64,000 nt of DNA from Neodothiora populina (taxonomy: Eukaryota), in NCBI RefSeq assembly GCF_041146345.1, contig NW_027191413.1, positions 1,984,001-2,048,000 of the forward strand. Direction: 5' to 3'. Of the stretch, positions 49,228 to 60,952 are shown in pieces (the stretch's first letter is position 1; the number at the start of each line of letters is the position of its first letter). The position numbers were made by a program, and so were the translations under genes. Under the pieces are notes generated by a model, which saw only the letters and a program-made list of their open reading frames with translations, did not search any database and had not been told where the DNA came from.

Positions 49228-50236
49228 GACTGCTGTTTGTCAGCCGAATGCGGAAGTCGTAAGTGAAATGATATCAGGACGAGGGCAGGCTGTAATGCAG
49301 AGCCTTTGTTTTCAGACGACCAAGCATGCTGCGGTGGTACAGTAGATGATTTGCACAATGAACGATGTGGTCAGTATTCGCAATACATAACACACGAGTG
49401 ACGGTGGTTGTTGATTGGTCACTTGCGCGTAAGTAATAGTGGTACAGTAAGTCGAAAGACCTCTCGGGTGAAGCTCTCTTAGGTGAACTTTATTGTTATT
49501 CGACCACAGTGCAGAATCACATGAAGCTGTGAGTGCGAATAGATTTGTTAGCTTTGAGGCACGTCAGAGTAACAATATTATTATGCTGCACACTGCACAA
49601 TAAAATGTCAGACGGAGATGATACCACTTGTACGGATCCAGCGCTAGTGTGCACGGTGCTTCCGACAAACCCTACCTAATCATTCGACTCATGCCTCTCA
49701 TTCGACTCACGAGTCATTGCACCAAGCTTACCTTATTGTCACGTGCAGGCGACATGCCATTGGCCCGAGCGTCCAAGAACCTCATCGCTGCAAGTAGAAG
49801 GCAACAGCAGCCAGACAGCAGCGCCTTGTCCATCACCACCTTCTTACATCACCACCCATCTATAATATACCGACATCAACAGGTGTGTCCGGCCTGCTCG
49901 TGACCGCCCTTAACATTCCTTGGTGGAAGCGATATTCCACGGTTCCGTGAAAAGGCGCGCGCGTCGCCTCTTCACTTGACACCTTGTCTCCGCCGCGAAA
50001 AGACAGACGGCGATTTTCCCGACCCACACGCGCATTCTCCAATAAATCAAGACGAATCCATCAGACGGTTGATTGAGGGCAAAGAGGAAAGGAGGTTTCA
50101 GCAGGAAGCGACGGAGTTGAAGAGGAGGCAGGTCCTCATTGAGGTTTCCTGAAAGGGCCAATACGTCGCGCCACTCAAGGTCCAGCGACCCATTCGACAT
50201 CCATCAACATCATCCGGATCATCGTCCATCTTCAAC

Positions 50237-53200
50237 ATGGCGAGCCAAAACTCTTTCCCCTATTCCAGCGCGCCGCTGAAGACCATCCAAGAGGTCCAGT
50301 TCGGTCTCTTTTCCCCGGAAGAGATCAAGAACATGAGTGTTTGTCAAATCGAATACCCTGAGACCATGGATGAGCAACGCAACAAACCTCGCGAAAAAGG
50401 CTTGAATGACCCAAAGCTGGGTTCTATCGATCGTTCGGTGGCGTGTGGAACTTGTGGTGAAGATATGCTTGAATGCCCTGGTCACTTCGGTCACATCGAA
50501 CTTGCAGTCCCAGTCTTCCACGTTGGTCAGTGCCTCTGGTTCATCTTTTAGGCGTTTTTTCTCTGAACGCTACTGACGTTCAATACCTTAGGTTTTGTAA
50601 CCAAGATCAAGAAGATTCTGGAGACTGTGTGCCACAGCTGCGGTAAAATCTTGCTTGACGAAGTAAGTTGATCGCCACGCGCGAGCGACATTTCAGCGCG
50701 CGTTTCCAGTGCTAATACTACCTTTAAAGAGCACGCCTCAATTCGCGCAAGCCATCCGTCTGCGTGACCCGAAGCGGAGATTTGATGCTGTCCACAGACT
50801 ATGCAAGCCGAAGCTCATTTGCGAAGTTGACGAAGCCCCCGATGACAGTGGCGCCTTTGGTGCTGATCCCAAGGACCAGCTCAAGAAGCAGAACAAGCGA
50901 AGTCACGGTGGATGTGGCAACATTCAGCCGAGCATCCGAAAGGATGGTCTCAAGCTCACCGGCACTTTCACCTACCCGAAGGAGCCCGATACCGAGCAGC
51001 GAGTCGAGAAGCGGGTGATCACGCCTCAGGCTGCCCTTACCATCTTCAACTCTATCAAGGATACTGAACTGGCACGAATGGGACTCAACGCTGACTATGC
51101 CCGTCCCGAGTGGATGATCTTGACTGTGCTGCCTGTCCCGCCTCCCGCCGTTCGACCCAGTGTTTCTGTCGATGGCACGAACCAGGGCATGCGTTCAGAG
51201 GATGATTTGACCTACAAGCTTAGTGATATCGTACGAGCCAATGCCAACGTTCGCAAAGCCGAGCAAGAAGGATCTCCCACTCATATTGTCGCCGAGTTCG
51301 TTGAGTTGCTGCAATTCCACGTTGCCACCTACATGGACAACGACATTGCTGGCCAGCCAAAGGCACTTCAGAAGTCCGGTAGACCAATCAAGGCGATCCG
51401 TGCTCGTCTCAAGTCCAAGGAGGGCCGTCTTCGTGGTAACCTTATGGGTAAGCGTGTCGACTTCTCTGCTCGTACCGTCATCACAGGTGATCCCAATCTG
51501 TCTCTCGATGAGGTCGGTGTTCCTCGCAGCATTGCTCGCATCCTGACCTTCCCCGAGACTGTCAATGCTTTCAACATTGACAAGCTCCAACAACTTGTGC
51601 GCAACGGTCCTAATGAGCACCCCGGTGCCAAGTATGTCATCAGAGATACCGGTGAGAGAATTGATTTGCGCCATCACAAGCGTGCTGGCGAAATCCAGCT
51701 GCAATACGGCTACAAGGTGGAAAGACACATCGTTGATGGAGATTTCATCATCTTTAACCGACAACCTTCGCTGCACAAGGAATCTATGATGGGTCATAGA
51801 GTTCGTGTCATGCCATACTCAACCTTCAGACTCAACTTGTCTGTCACCTCACCTTACAACGCAGATTTCGATGGTGACGAGATGAATCTTCACGTTCCAC
51901 AAAGTCACGAGACACGATCAGAGGTCATGAACCTCTGCATGGTTCCTCTCAATATCGTCTCCCCGCAGCGAAACGGTCCCCTTATGGGTATCGTGCAAGA
52001 CACCCTTTGCGGTATCTACAAGATGTGCAGAAGAGATGTGTTTATGACCAAGGGCGAAGTCATGAACATTTTGATGTGGGTGCCTGACTGGGATGGAGTG
52101 CTCCCTCCACCAGCTCTGATCAAACCGAGACCGCGCTGGACCGGCAAGCAGATTATTAGTCTCGTCATCCCCGCTGGCCTCAATTTGGTTCGTGGCGACG
52201 CTGAGGGCATGAATACAATCAATGATAACGGTCTCATGGTTCATGGCGGTGAGTTGATGTACGGCCTCTTCAGCAAGAAGTCTGTGGGCGCTAGCGGTGG
52301 TGGTGTTATTCACATCATCTACAACGAGAAGGGCTGGGAGGCCGCTGTCAACTTCTTCAACGGTACTCAACGAGTCGTCAACTACTGGTTACTCCATAAT
52401 GGTTTCAGTATTGGTGTCGGTGACACCGTTCCTGATGAGAAGACGGCACAGGGTATCACCGATGCAGTCAACGAACAAAAGGCCGAAGTCGAAGCCATTA
52501 CAGCTTCTGCCACTGCCAACACCCTGGAGCCTCTTCCGGGTATGAACGTTCGCGAGACTTTCGAGAGCAGAGTCTCGAAGGCGCTCAACAGTGCTCGTGA
52601 CAACGCAGGTGACAGGACCGAGAAGAGTTTGAAGGATATCAACAACGCCATTCAAATGGCTCGTTCGGGTTCCAAGGGTTCAGCCATTAACATTTCTCAA
52701 ATGACCGCTGTCGTCGGACAGCAGTCCGTGGAGGGCAAGCGCATTCCTTTCGGATTCAAGTACCGCACTCTGCCTCATTTCACCAAGGACGATTACTCGC
52801 CCGAGGCTCGCGGTTTCGTTGAGAACTCCTATCTCCGTGGTTTGACTCCCTCTGAGTTCTTCTTCCACGCTATGGCCGGTCGTGAGGGTCTGATTGATAC
52901 CGCTGTCAAAACTGCAGAGACTGGTTACATTCAACGCCGTCTCGTCAAGGCCTTGGAAGAGGTCATGGCCAAGTACGATGGAACTGTCCGTAATTCGCTC
53001 GGCGACATCGTTCAATTCGTGTATGGAGAGGACGGTCTCGATGCCGTCCACATCGAGGGCCAAAAGCTGGATATCATCTCCTGCTCCGACCCTCAATTCG
53101 AAAAGAAGTTCCGTGTGGATGTCATGGATCCCGCCATGTCTCTGTCTCCTGATATTCTTGAACAGGCTCATGAGATTGCAGGTGACGTTGAGGTTCAGCG

Positions 53201-55733
53201 TCACCTTGATGATGAGTGGGAGGCTCTTCTTGCTGACAGAGCCACGCTGAGAGATGGCCGCACTGATGATGACGAGCAACATCAACTTCCATTGAACATC
53301 ACTCGCATCATCGAGAGTGCAAGGACTCGCTTCCGCATCAAGGATGGCGCTAGAAGCGATCTTCACCCATCGGAAGTCATCCCTAAGGTCAAGGCAATGC
53401 TTGACAGCATTGTCGTTGTACGCGGAGACGACCCCTTGTCGCAAGAGGCTCAGCTCAATGCCACAATCTTGTTCAAGGCGCTCTTGCGATCTAGACTGGC
53501 TTTCAAGCGTCTGGTCAAAGAACACTCGCTCAACAAGCTTGCGCTTGACAACATCTTGGGCGACATCCAGAACAGATTTGCCAGATCTCTTGTCAGTCCC
53601 GGTGAGATGGTCGGTGTCCTCGCTGCCCAGTCTATTGGTGAGCCTGCAACTCAGATGACGCTGAACACCTTCCATTTCGCTGGTGTGTCCTCTAAGAACG
53701 TCACCCTGGGTGTGCCGCGTCTGAAGGAGATTTTGAACGTTGCAACGAATATCAAGACTCCCTCCATGACCGTTTATCAGGTCGAGGAGAACCGTCTTGA
53801 CCAGGACAAGGCAAAGACTCTGCGTAGTTTGGTCGAGTACACCAGCTTGCGAAGTGTCACGGAGAAGACTGAGATCTGGTACGATCCTGACATTCAGTCC
53901 ACTGTCATCGAAGCCGACAGGGACATGGTCGAGTCGTACTTCATTATTCCTGAGGACAACGCTGAGAGTCCGGACTCTTATTCCAAGTGGCTCCTGCGTA
54001 TCGTACTTGGTCGCAGACAGCTCCTGGACAAGGGTCTGAACGCATCCGACGTTGCTGCCAAGATCAAGGCTACCTTCAAGAGCGAATTGGCCATCATCTT
54101 CAGTGATGACAACGCCGACGAGCAAGTCATTCGTATCCGTCCATCGCTGAACGTTATCGGCGCCGATAAGGATGACGACGATGAGGGACTTGAAGCAGAT
54201 CTCGTTATCCAGCGTCTCCAGGAGTTCCTCCTCAGCAACATCACGCTGCGTGGTGTGCCCAACGTTTCCAGAGCCTTCGTCAACTTCAAGGAGAGACTTC
54301 GCGTTACCGATGATGGTGCACTCACCATGTCCAAGAGTGATCCCTTGTGCAAGGAATGGTTTCTCGACACCAGTGGAACCGCTCTCAAGGACGTCTTGAC
54401 CGTGGAAGGTGTGGACCCTCACCGCACTTACTCCAATCACTTCATCGAGGTGTTCAACGTCTTCGGTATTGAAGCAACCAGAGCAGCATTGATGAGAGAG
54501 CTGAAGCAGGTGCTGTCCTTCGATGGTTCCTACGTCAACCATCGCCATCTTGCCTTGCTTGTTGATATCATGACTGCTCGCGGAAATCTCATGGCCGTCA
54601 CTCGTCACGGTATTAATCGTGCAGATACCGGTGCATTGATGCGTTGTTCTTTCGAAGAGACTGTCGAGATTCTCTTTGATGCTGCTTCTTCTGGTGAGCT
54701 TGACGACTGTCGCGGTGTCTCCGAGAACATCATCCTTGGACAACTCGCTCCTTCCGGAACTGGTGAGTTCGACGTCTTACTCGACCAGCAGATGCTCAGC
54801 ACTGTCGTCTCTCGTCACCATGGTATGGGTGCTGGTACTCAAGCTGGCGCATCTTCGCCTCTCGAGGGTTCAATGACGCCTTACGACATGGGCTCTCCTC
54901 TGGCAGAGGGTGGTTACGTTGGTGGTCCCGACTATGGTGCTTCCTTCTCGCCCATGGTACAAGCTGGCGGAGATGAGAGTGGAGGCTTTACTGCCTACGG
55001 TGGTGGTAGTTTTAGTCCTTACAGTGGTGGACAGAGTCCTGGTTACGCCCCGACAAGTCCATTCAGCATGGGCACAAGCCCCACTTCCCCAGGGCTCAGC
55101 TACTCGCCTACCTCTCCAAGCGGCTACAGCCCAACTTCTCCGGGCCAGGGTTTCACCAGTCCAGGCTATGCTCTCGGTTCGCCATCGTCGCCTGCTTACA
55201 ACCCGACGTCTCCGAATTACTCGCCCAGCTCGCCTGCGTTCACGTCCAAGGCAAGCCCGACCTCGCCGTCTTACTCGCCTACGAGCCCTCAGTACTCCCC
55301 TACCAGTCCCCAGTACTCTCCAACGTCGCCCAGCTTTTCTCCTACCAGCCCGGGACGTGCCAGGAATGGTATTTCGCCTACTTCACCGAAATACAGTCCT
55401 ACTTCTCCACAGTTCTCGCCTACCTCGCCTCAGTACTCTCCCACCAGCCCGGCTTACAGCCCCTCGAGCCCGCAGTTCAACGGCGGCGCTGGAAGAGGCT
55501 TGTCGCCCACTAGCCCGAGCTACTCGCCAACTTCTCCCGTGTACAGCCCGACAAGCCCGAACCAGAGAGGAGCTTACTCCCCGACATCGCCATCGTTCAC
55601 TCCGAACTCCCCTGGCCAATCTGCCTCTCCGAAGTGGTCGCCTACTAGTCCCCAATTCTCTCCCAAGTGAGTTTCTGCAAACTTACTCTCTTGTAGGAAG
55701 ACTTTTACTGACCTATCTAGTTCTCCTAAATAG
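50237..55733 (+). CDS. RPB1: RNA polymerase II largest subunit; exons ~50237-50525, 50592-50662, 50730-55666, 55721-55733
   Basis: [12 protein letters not shown] zinc site, [40 protein letters not shown] and YSPTSP heptad CTD. Confidence 0.99.
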
Positions 55734-56782
55734 TGGAAAGAAGTAGTGAAACAGTTCGTGGTATAATGACGTTCCCTTTGCTGGGGTCACGTTCTACACC
55801 CGGCCGACTGTATAATCACCTTTCGACGAGCGTTGCAAGCGCGAGTGGAATGGACGATACAGATCTTGTCTTACAGGTCTCGTCCAATATCATGATTTTT
55901 AATTGCATATTGATGCAGCACAAATGGAGAAATATCATACTTGAGTTCTCTGCAGCGGAGTTATGGGCAGGCGCGGCGTCTGGTCTGCATTTTCGTGGGT
56001 AGCTGAGGGGAGCGGTGTGGAAAAACGTTTTTTACCTTTTGTTAATTTGTCTTCACCGATTTCTTCGTATTTTCATTTGAGGAGGTGGATTGGCTTACCA
56101 AATTGCATAAGAAGCCGAAAAGGGGTTGGGCGAGGAGGAACAGAGAGCAAGGAGTCTCATCTTGCTGACAATCGCCAAAATCAGGAAACGAAAAAAAGTA
56201 CAGATTGCGAAGGAGAGACTAGGACGACCATCATAAAGAAAGAAAATAAAAAGAGACGGATGGAGAAAACAGGATGCTTGATGATGATCATTAATGCGGT
56301 AGAGTCGGCGAAAACGTTTTGGCTGACGCGCTTTCATCATCGTTGTTTCTACCTTTCGGTCAAACACTAACTTGCTGTTATCATTTCATTATGGGTTTCT
56401 AAACCAGGCCCCTTGTGGCATTAGAGACATACACTTTCCTCCTCATGGAGCAAAATAAAGATACCACAATCATAACGAGCGACAGTCGTCTATTCTGCGC
56501 ATGTGACTTTGTCGTGACTGACTACCTCATATTCCATATTTACTAAATGCAGTCGGAGAAGAATGCAAGTTTCCTCACAGACACTGTACCAGTCGTGCTG
56601 CCCAAGAAGTGCTTTGAAGCAGTTTCGCCTACCTTAAACGTCTAAATCTTATTGCCCAAAGCTTCACGTACTGTACCTCTAGCGAATATTGGTCACAGGA
56701 AAACATTATCTGACTCCCTTTGTACTAATCATTTCTCATCGCCATCTACACATTTCACGTTTACATACTCTTTTCTTATATA

Positions 56783-58638
56783 ATGGCAAACAGCGAGTAA
56801 GCACTGTCTCTTCCTCGCCTCACTAGCGATGGTGAATTGTCTGGTGTAAGACTCATATCCTAATTGCTGGGGCGGATTTGCTCCGTCATAGATTTGAATA
56901 TGTGCGCAAGCATGAGCAGTGGGATGCTCTTGCGCCTGATAATTGGATTGTTGTGCGGATTGATGGACGGGGGTTTAGCAAGTAAGTGTAATTTTTTTTT
57001 CCTGTTCTGTTCTGGTGTTTCTGGTTTTGTGTGGGTTTTGCTTGATCCTTTGCTGCTGTGATGTGGTAGTTGTATGGGATTTTGATCTTTGTCTCTTCGC
57101 TGTGTTCTGGGTCAAGAGGTGGAATATTTTGTTGGCTGCACTGTTTTCTTGAATTTTTTGTCCTCCAGGAGAAGAACTATGAGGCAGAGCAAAGAAAAAT
57201 GGTGTATTAGCATGAGGAGCTATCGTCGCGTTAATGTGCTTTCGACTTTTCTTTTATCTCTTGCTTGTCTTGATATAATCTATCATCGTACCTCCTTCTG
57301 TACAGTCGGTATGGTCATCTTGTGTGATACAGCTGGCTGAACAGTGAATACTGTCAGAACATGGACAGAAGAAGACATGAGGACACTCTGAGCAAAAATC
57401 CGAGTATACTGACAACACCTCCAGATTCTCCAAGCGATACGACTTTCAAAAACCGAATGATCGACGAGCGGTTGATCTGATGAATGCTGCGGCCGTCGAG
57501 GTAGTAAAGCAGTTCACAGACATCGTGATCGCCTACGGACAAAGTGATGAGTTCAGGTGTGTATTCGAATTATTTGTCCTCCTCTTGTGACCTCTGCCTC
57601 GTATTCATCGAGTTATAGGCAGAGTATGGTACGGAGGATTATCACTTTACTAATGGAATACTGTTCTCAGTTTTGTCTTCCACGAGGATACTACTCTATT
57701 TGATCGACGCGCACAGTAAGTTCAAGATATGTTTTCGTCATTGGCCTCATCAAACCCAATCTGGTGCTGTATTCCTATGCCGACCTCGGATCAACTTGAT
57801 TCAAGCTACTAACCACACTCCTTCGTAACAGAAAAGTATCGACAACAATAGCAGCGACATTCTCAGTGGAATACGCAATGCAGTGGCCCCTCTTCTTCCC
57901 GGACTCGCCACTTACAAGACCTTACCCTACCTTCGACGGGAGATGTGTTGTGTATCCCAAGACGCGCATACTGAGAGACTACCTGAGCTGGCGACAAGCA
58001 GATTGTAAGTCTGGTTCTCTTCGAATGTTTGACTCTGAAAGTGAGAATTGATCTAATTGCTAACCGACTTGTACTGAAATCAGGTCACATCAATAATCTT
58101 TACAACACGACATTTTGGTCGATGGTCTTGAAAGGAGAGATGAGCGGCACAGAAGCCGAGTTGGCGCTAAAAGTATGGCATCTCCTGTCTTCCTCCTTCG
58201 ATCGTTGAATGCTGATGATGGTCACGTATAAAGGGCACAGTGTCATCCGACAAGAACGAGATATTATTCTCGCGATTCGGCATCAACTACAACAAAGAGC
58301 CGGAAATATGGAAAAAGGGAAACGTCATCTATCGAGACCTCTCTGGTGATGAGTCTTTATCATCGACGACGACGACGACGACGACACCAGAAGTGACACA
58401 GCCGCCGCCGAACGATGAAGACGACGAAAAAGAATATGCCAAGGTGCAGCAGCAGCATCTCTCGCTCAAGCAGAAGAAGATCCAAGTCCCTGCTCAGGAC
58501 AGGCTGAAGGCGAAATCGAAGACACAGCGAGAAAAGGACAAGAAGAACAGACAAAAGGCTAGAGTTGTTGTCGAGCATGTGGATATTATCAAGGATGGGT
58601 TTTGGGAAATGAGACCGTGGATTCTTGGGGCGAGATAG
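56783..58638 (+). CDS. THG1: tRNA(His) guanylyltransferase, 7 exons
   Basis: [106 protein letters not shown]. Confidence 0.93.
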
Positions 58639-59270
58639 ACCTAAAGTTCCTACTGGAGACGAAAATCAAGGAGTACAACTGATAGCCTTTTTTTCTTTTG
58701 TATCTCCAATCAGCCTCAACCCTATGTCAGATCTTGGACCATCCGCCTCCTACACAAGTAGTCCCTACTCTACCTCTGAATCACGTAGTGTCAAGCTGCA
58801 ATACCTAATCAATTCCCGAGGGCGACCCTGGTCCCTTTCCCCAGCACTGGTATCGGCATTAGTCGGCGTTAGCTCCATTCCGCCATGAAAAAGAAAAATA
58901 TCAGCCTCGATTTATTGATACAAGATTATCGCGTCTCGTCTCTCCTTATCTCTGTAAATCCCACCTCGAGAAGAATCCACGCTCACGCTCACGCTTGTAG
59001 TGCGTAATATCGCAGCAGCTCTGTTTATCTCCACAAGCGAGTTTTGTTTCTCTCCTGGTTGAATAGCGGAAGAGACTTGCTTTCCGCAACCTTGCAGATA
59101 TCGTGTAAAAAAAGGATCAAGGACGAATTATTATCATCACCGCATCAATCCACTTTTCATCTCGTCGGCTCGCAACAAACCAGCACTCGAACGAGGGAGT
59201 AGTCTCGACGAAAAGCATCCAACAACAAAGAGAACATAAAGACATTCGAAGAGACTCAAAAAAATAAAAA

Positions 59271-59948
59271 ATGAACGCCTCAGCGCTGCTCCAAAAACAA
59301 GGCTGGCGCGGCGCAGGCCACAGTCTCGACGCCTCCAACACAGGCCTCAAAAAGCCGCTGCTGATCAGCAAGAAAATCGACGTGCTGGGCATCGGCATTA
59401 ACAAGCACGACGTCGTGGCCGACCAGTGGTGGATGAAAGCGTTCGACTCGAGTCTCAAGGACTTTGGCACTGGCAAGAAAAGTCTGTTAGGGAATGTCAG
59501 GGAGTTGGGAGTCAGTAGAGGTGGACTGTATGGACGGTTTGTGAGGGGTGAGGGGGTCCCAGGGACGTTCTCTGAACTGAAGGAGGAGAAGAAGACTGAA
59601 GAGACAGAGAGGCAGGCGAAGAAGAAGGGCAAGAAGAGAAAAGTTGACGACGACGGTGCCGAGGACAAAGCCGCCAGGAAGGAAAAGAAAAAGGCGAGAA
59701 AGTCAAAGTCCGCGTCTGTGTCAGCGTCTGCCGCGACGACAGATAGCGAATCTTCGTCCAAGAAGGACAAAAAGGACAAGAAAACCAAGACGAAAAAGGA
59801 AAAAGAGCCCAAGACTCTCGACGCTCTCGACGAGACAAAGAGGAAGGAATACACCGCTCGCGCCGCCGAAAAGGATCTCAGTCTCGAGGTGTACTTTGTC
59901 AAGAGACAGGCTAAGAACCTCGCTGCGAGAAGCGGTAACAAGGGATGA
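59271..59948 (+). CDS. TMA23: G-patch nucleolar protein, Tma23-like
   Basis: LLQKQGWRGAG..GLKKPLL..LGIG..QWWMKAFD G-patch region followed by a Lys-rich tail. Confidence 0.75.
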   Translation: MNASALLQKQGWRGAGHSLDASNTGLKKPLLISKKIDVLGIGINKHDVVADQWWMKAFDSSLKDFGTGKKSLLGNVRELGVSRGGLYGRFVRGEGVPGTFSELKEEKKTEETERQAKKKGKKRKVDDDGAEDKAARKEKKKARKSKSASVSASAATTDSESSSKKDKKDKKTKTKKEKEPKTLDALDETKRKEYTARAAEKDLSLEVYFVKRQAKNLAARSGNKG

Positions 59949-60952
59949 AGAACGAAGCATGTACCGTTTCATCGTCTATTGCTCACGTAGCGAAGAACAA
60001 AACAAGACGCCATCCGAGCACACGCACGGACAGAGACGAGACGAAGGAGCGAGAACTCTTCGCAAGCCATGAAGGGAGAACTTGCAAGATCCAAGACGCA
60101 TCCTCCAGACCCCGAGCAGCAGGCGATGACCTGCACCATGGCCAGCCACATCACTAGGCTACAGAAAGTGACTTGTCGAAGAACGCGAAAACATCAGGAC
60201 TCCCAGGTCCATCGAATAGCTGTTTCCTCATCGGACCGAATAAGGGCGTCAGCATCGACTACTTTGTCTCTTCGGACAAGAAATCAAGGCATAGGCAGAG
60301 GGGGCCCAGAAACAATGACCCTCAGCTCCAGATCCAGCTCCAGCTCCAGCCCCCAGATTTCAACTGGAAAAGGAAGGCGCAGGCACGGGCGCGGGTGCAA
60401 GCGTCCAAAGCAAGGTAGCCGAAGACTTGATCTTTCTCGCACCAATACGAAGAGCCTCTACTTGGTCATTTTGGAGACTCAACCGAGGGTGCGATAGACG
60501 AGAACTTCGAAGTCTATATCGAAAAGGGCGTGAGGGATAGAGCACACAGTGCTGTAGCACAGCTTCTCTTCGATTCGCCGCAAGACCCTCGAGCTAGATC
60601 GGTACATTTATGTACAGAAGTAGACACGTTCAGATGCAGACATCGAATGATATCATACATGTTGCGATAATTTCATATTTATATTCATTCTTCATATCTG
60701 ATTGAATGGTTGGATTTTGTCTCATATATTACAAAGAAGTTGTATATGTGTTTTAAAAAAGATTATATAGTCCAAGAGATGTGCGAAGAAGAAGGAGGCG
60801 AAGGCGAAGGCGATGAAGAAACAAGAGTCGAAGAAAAGAATAGACTAGAGTAGAAGACTGAAATCTGGTGTGCTGCTACAGTTCCTCTTTCACTTTCACT
60901 CCCGTATCTCCCTCTATGTCAACGTTTCGTTGACAGACTCGTGTATGCTGTG

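Noticed and set aside
50676..50702. ACGCGCG/CGCGCGT stem in RPB1 intron 2
   Set aside because: A single 7-bp CG-repeat stem can arise by chance; no supporting evidence.
52680..54743. 687-aa antisense ORF within RPB1
   Set aside because: Codon-register shadow of a strongly biased gene; no recognisable motifs.
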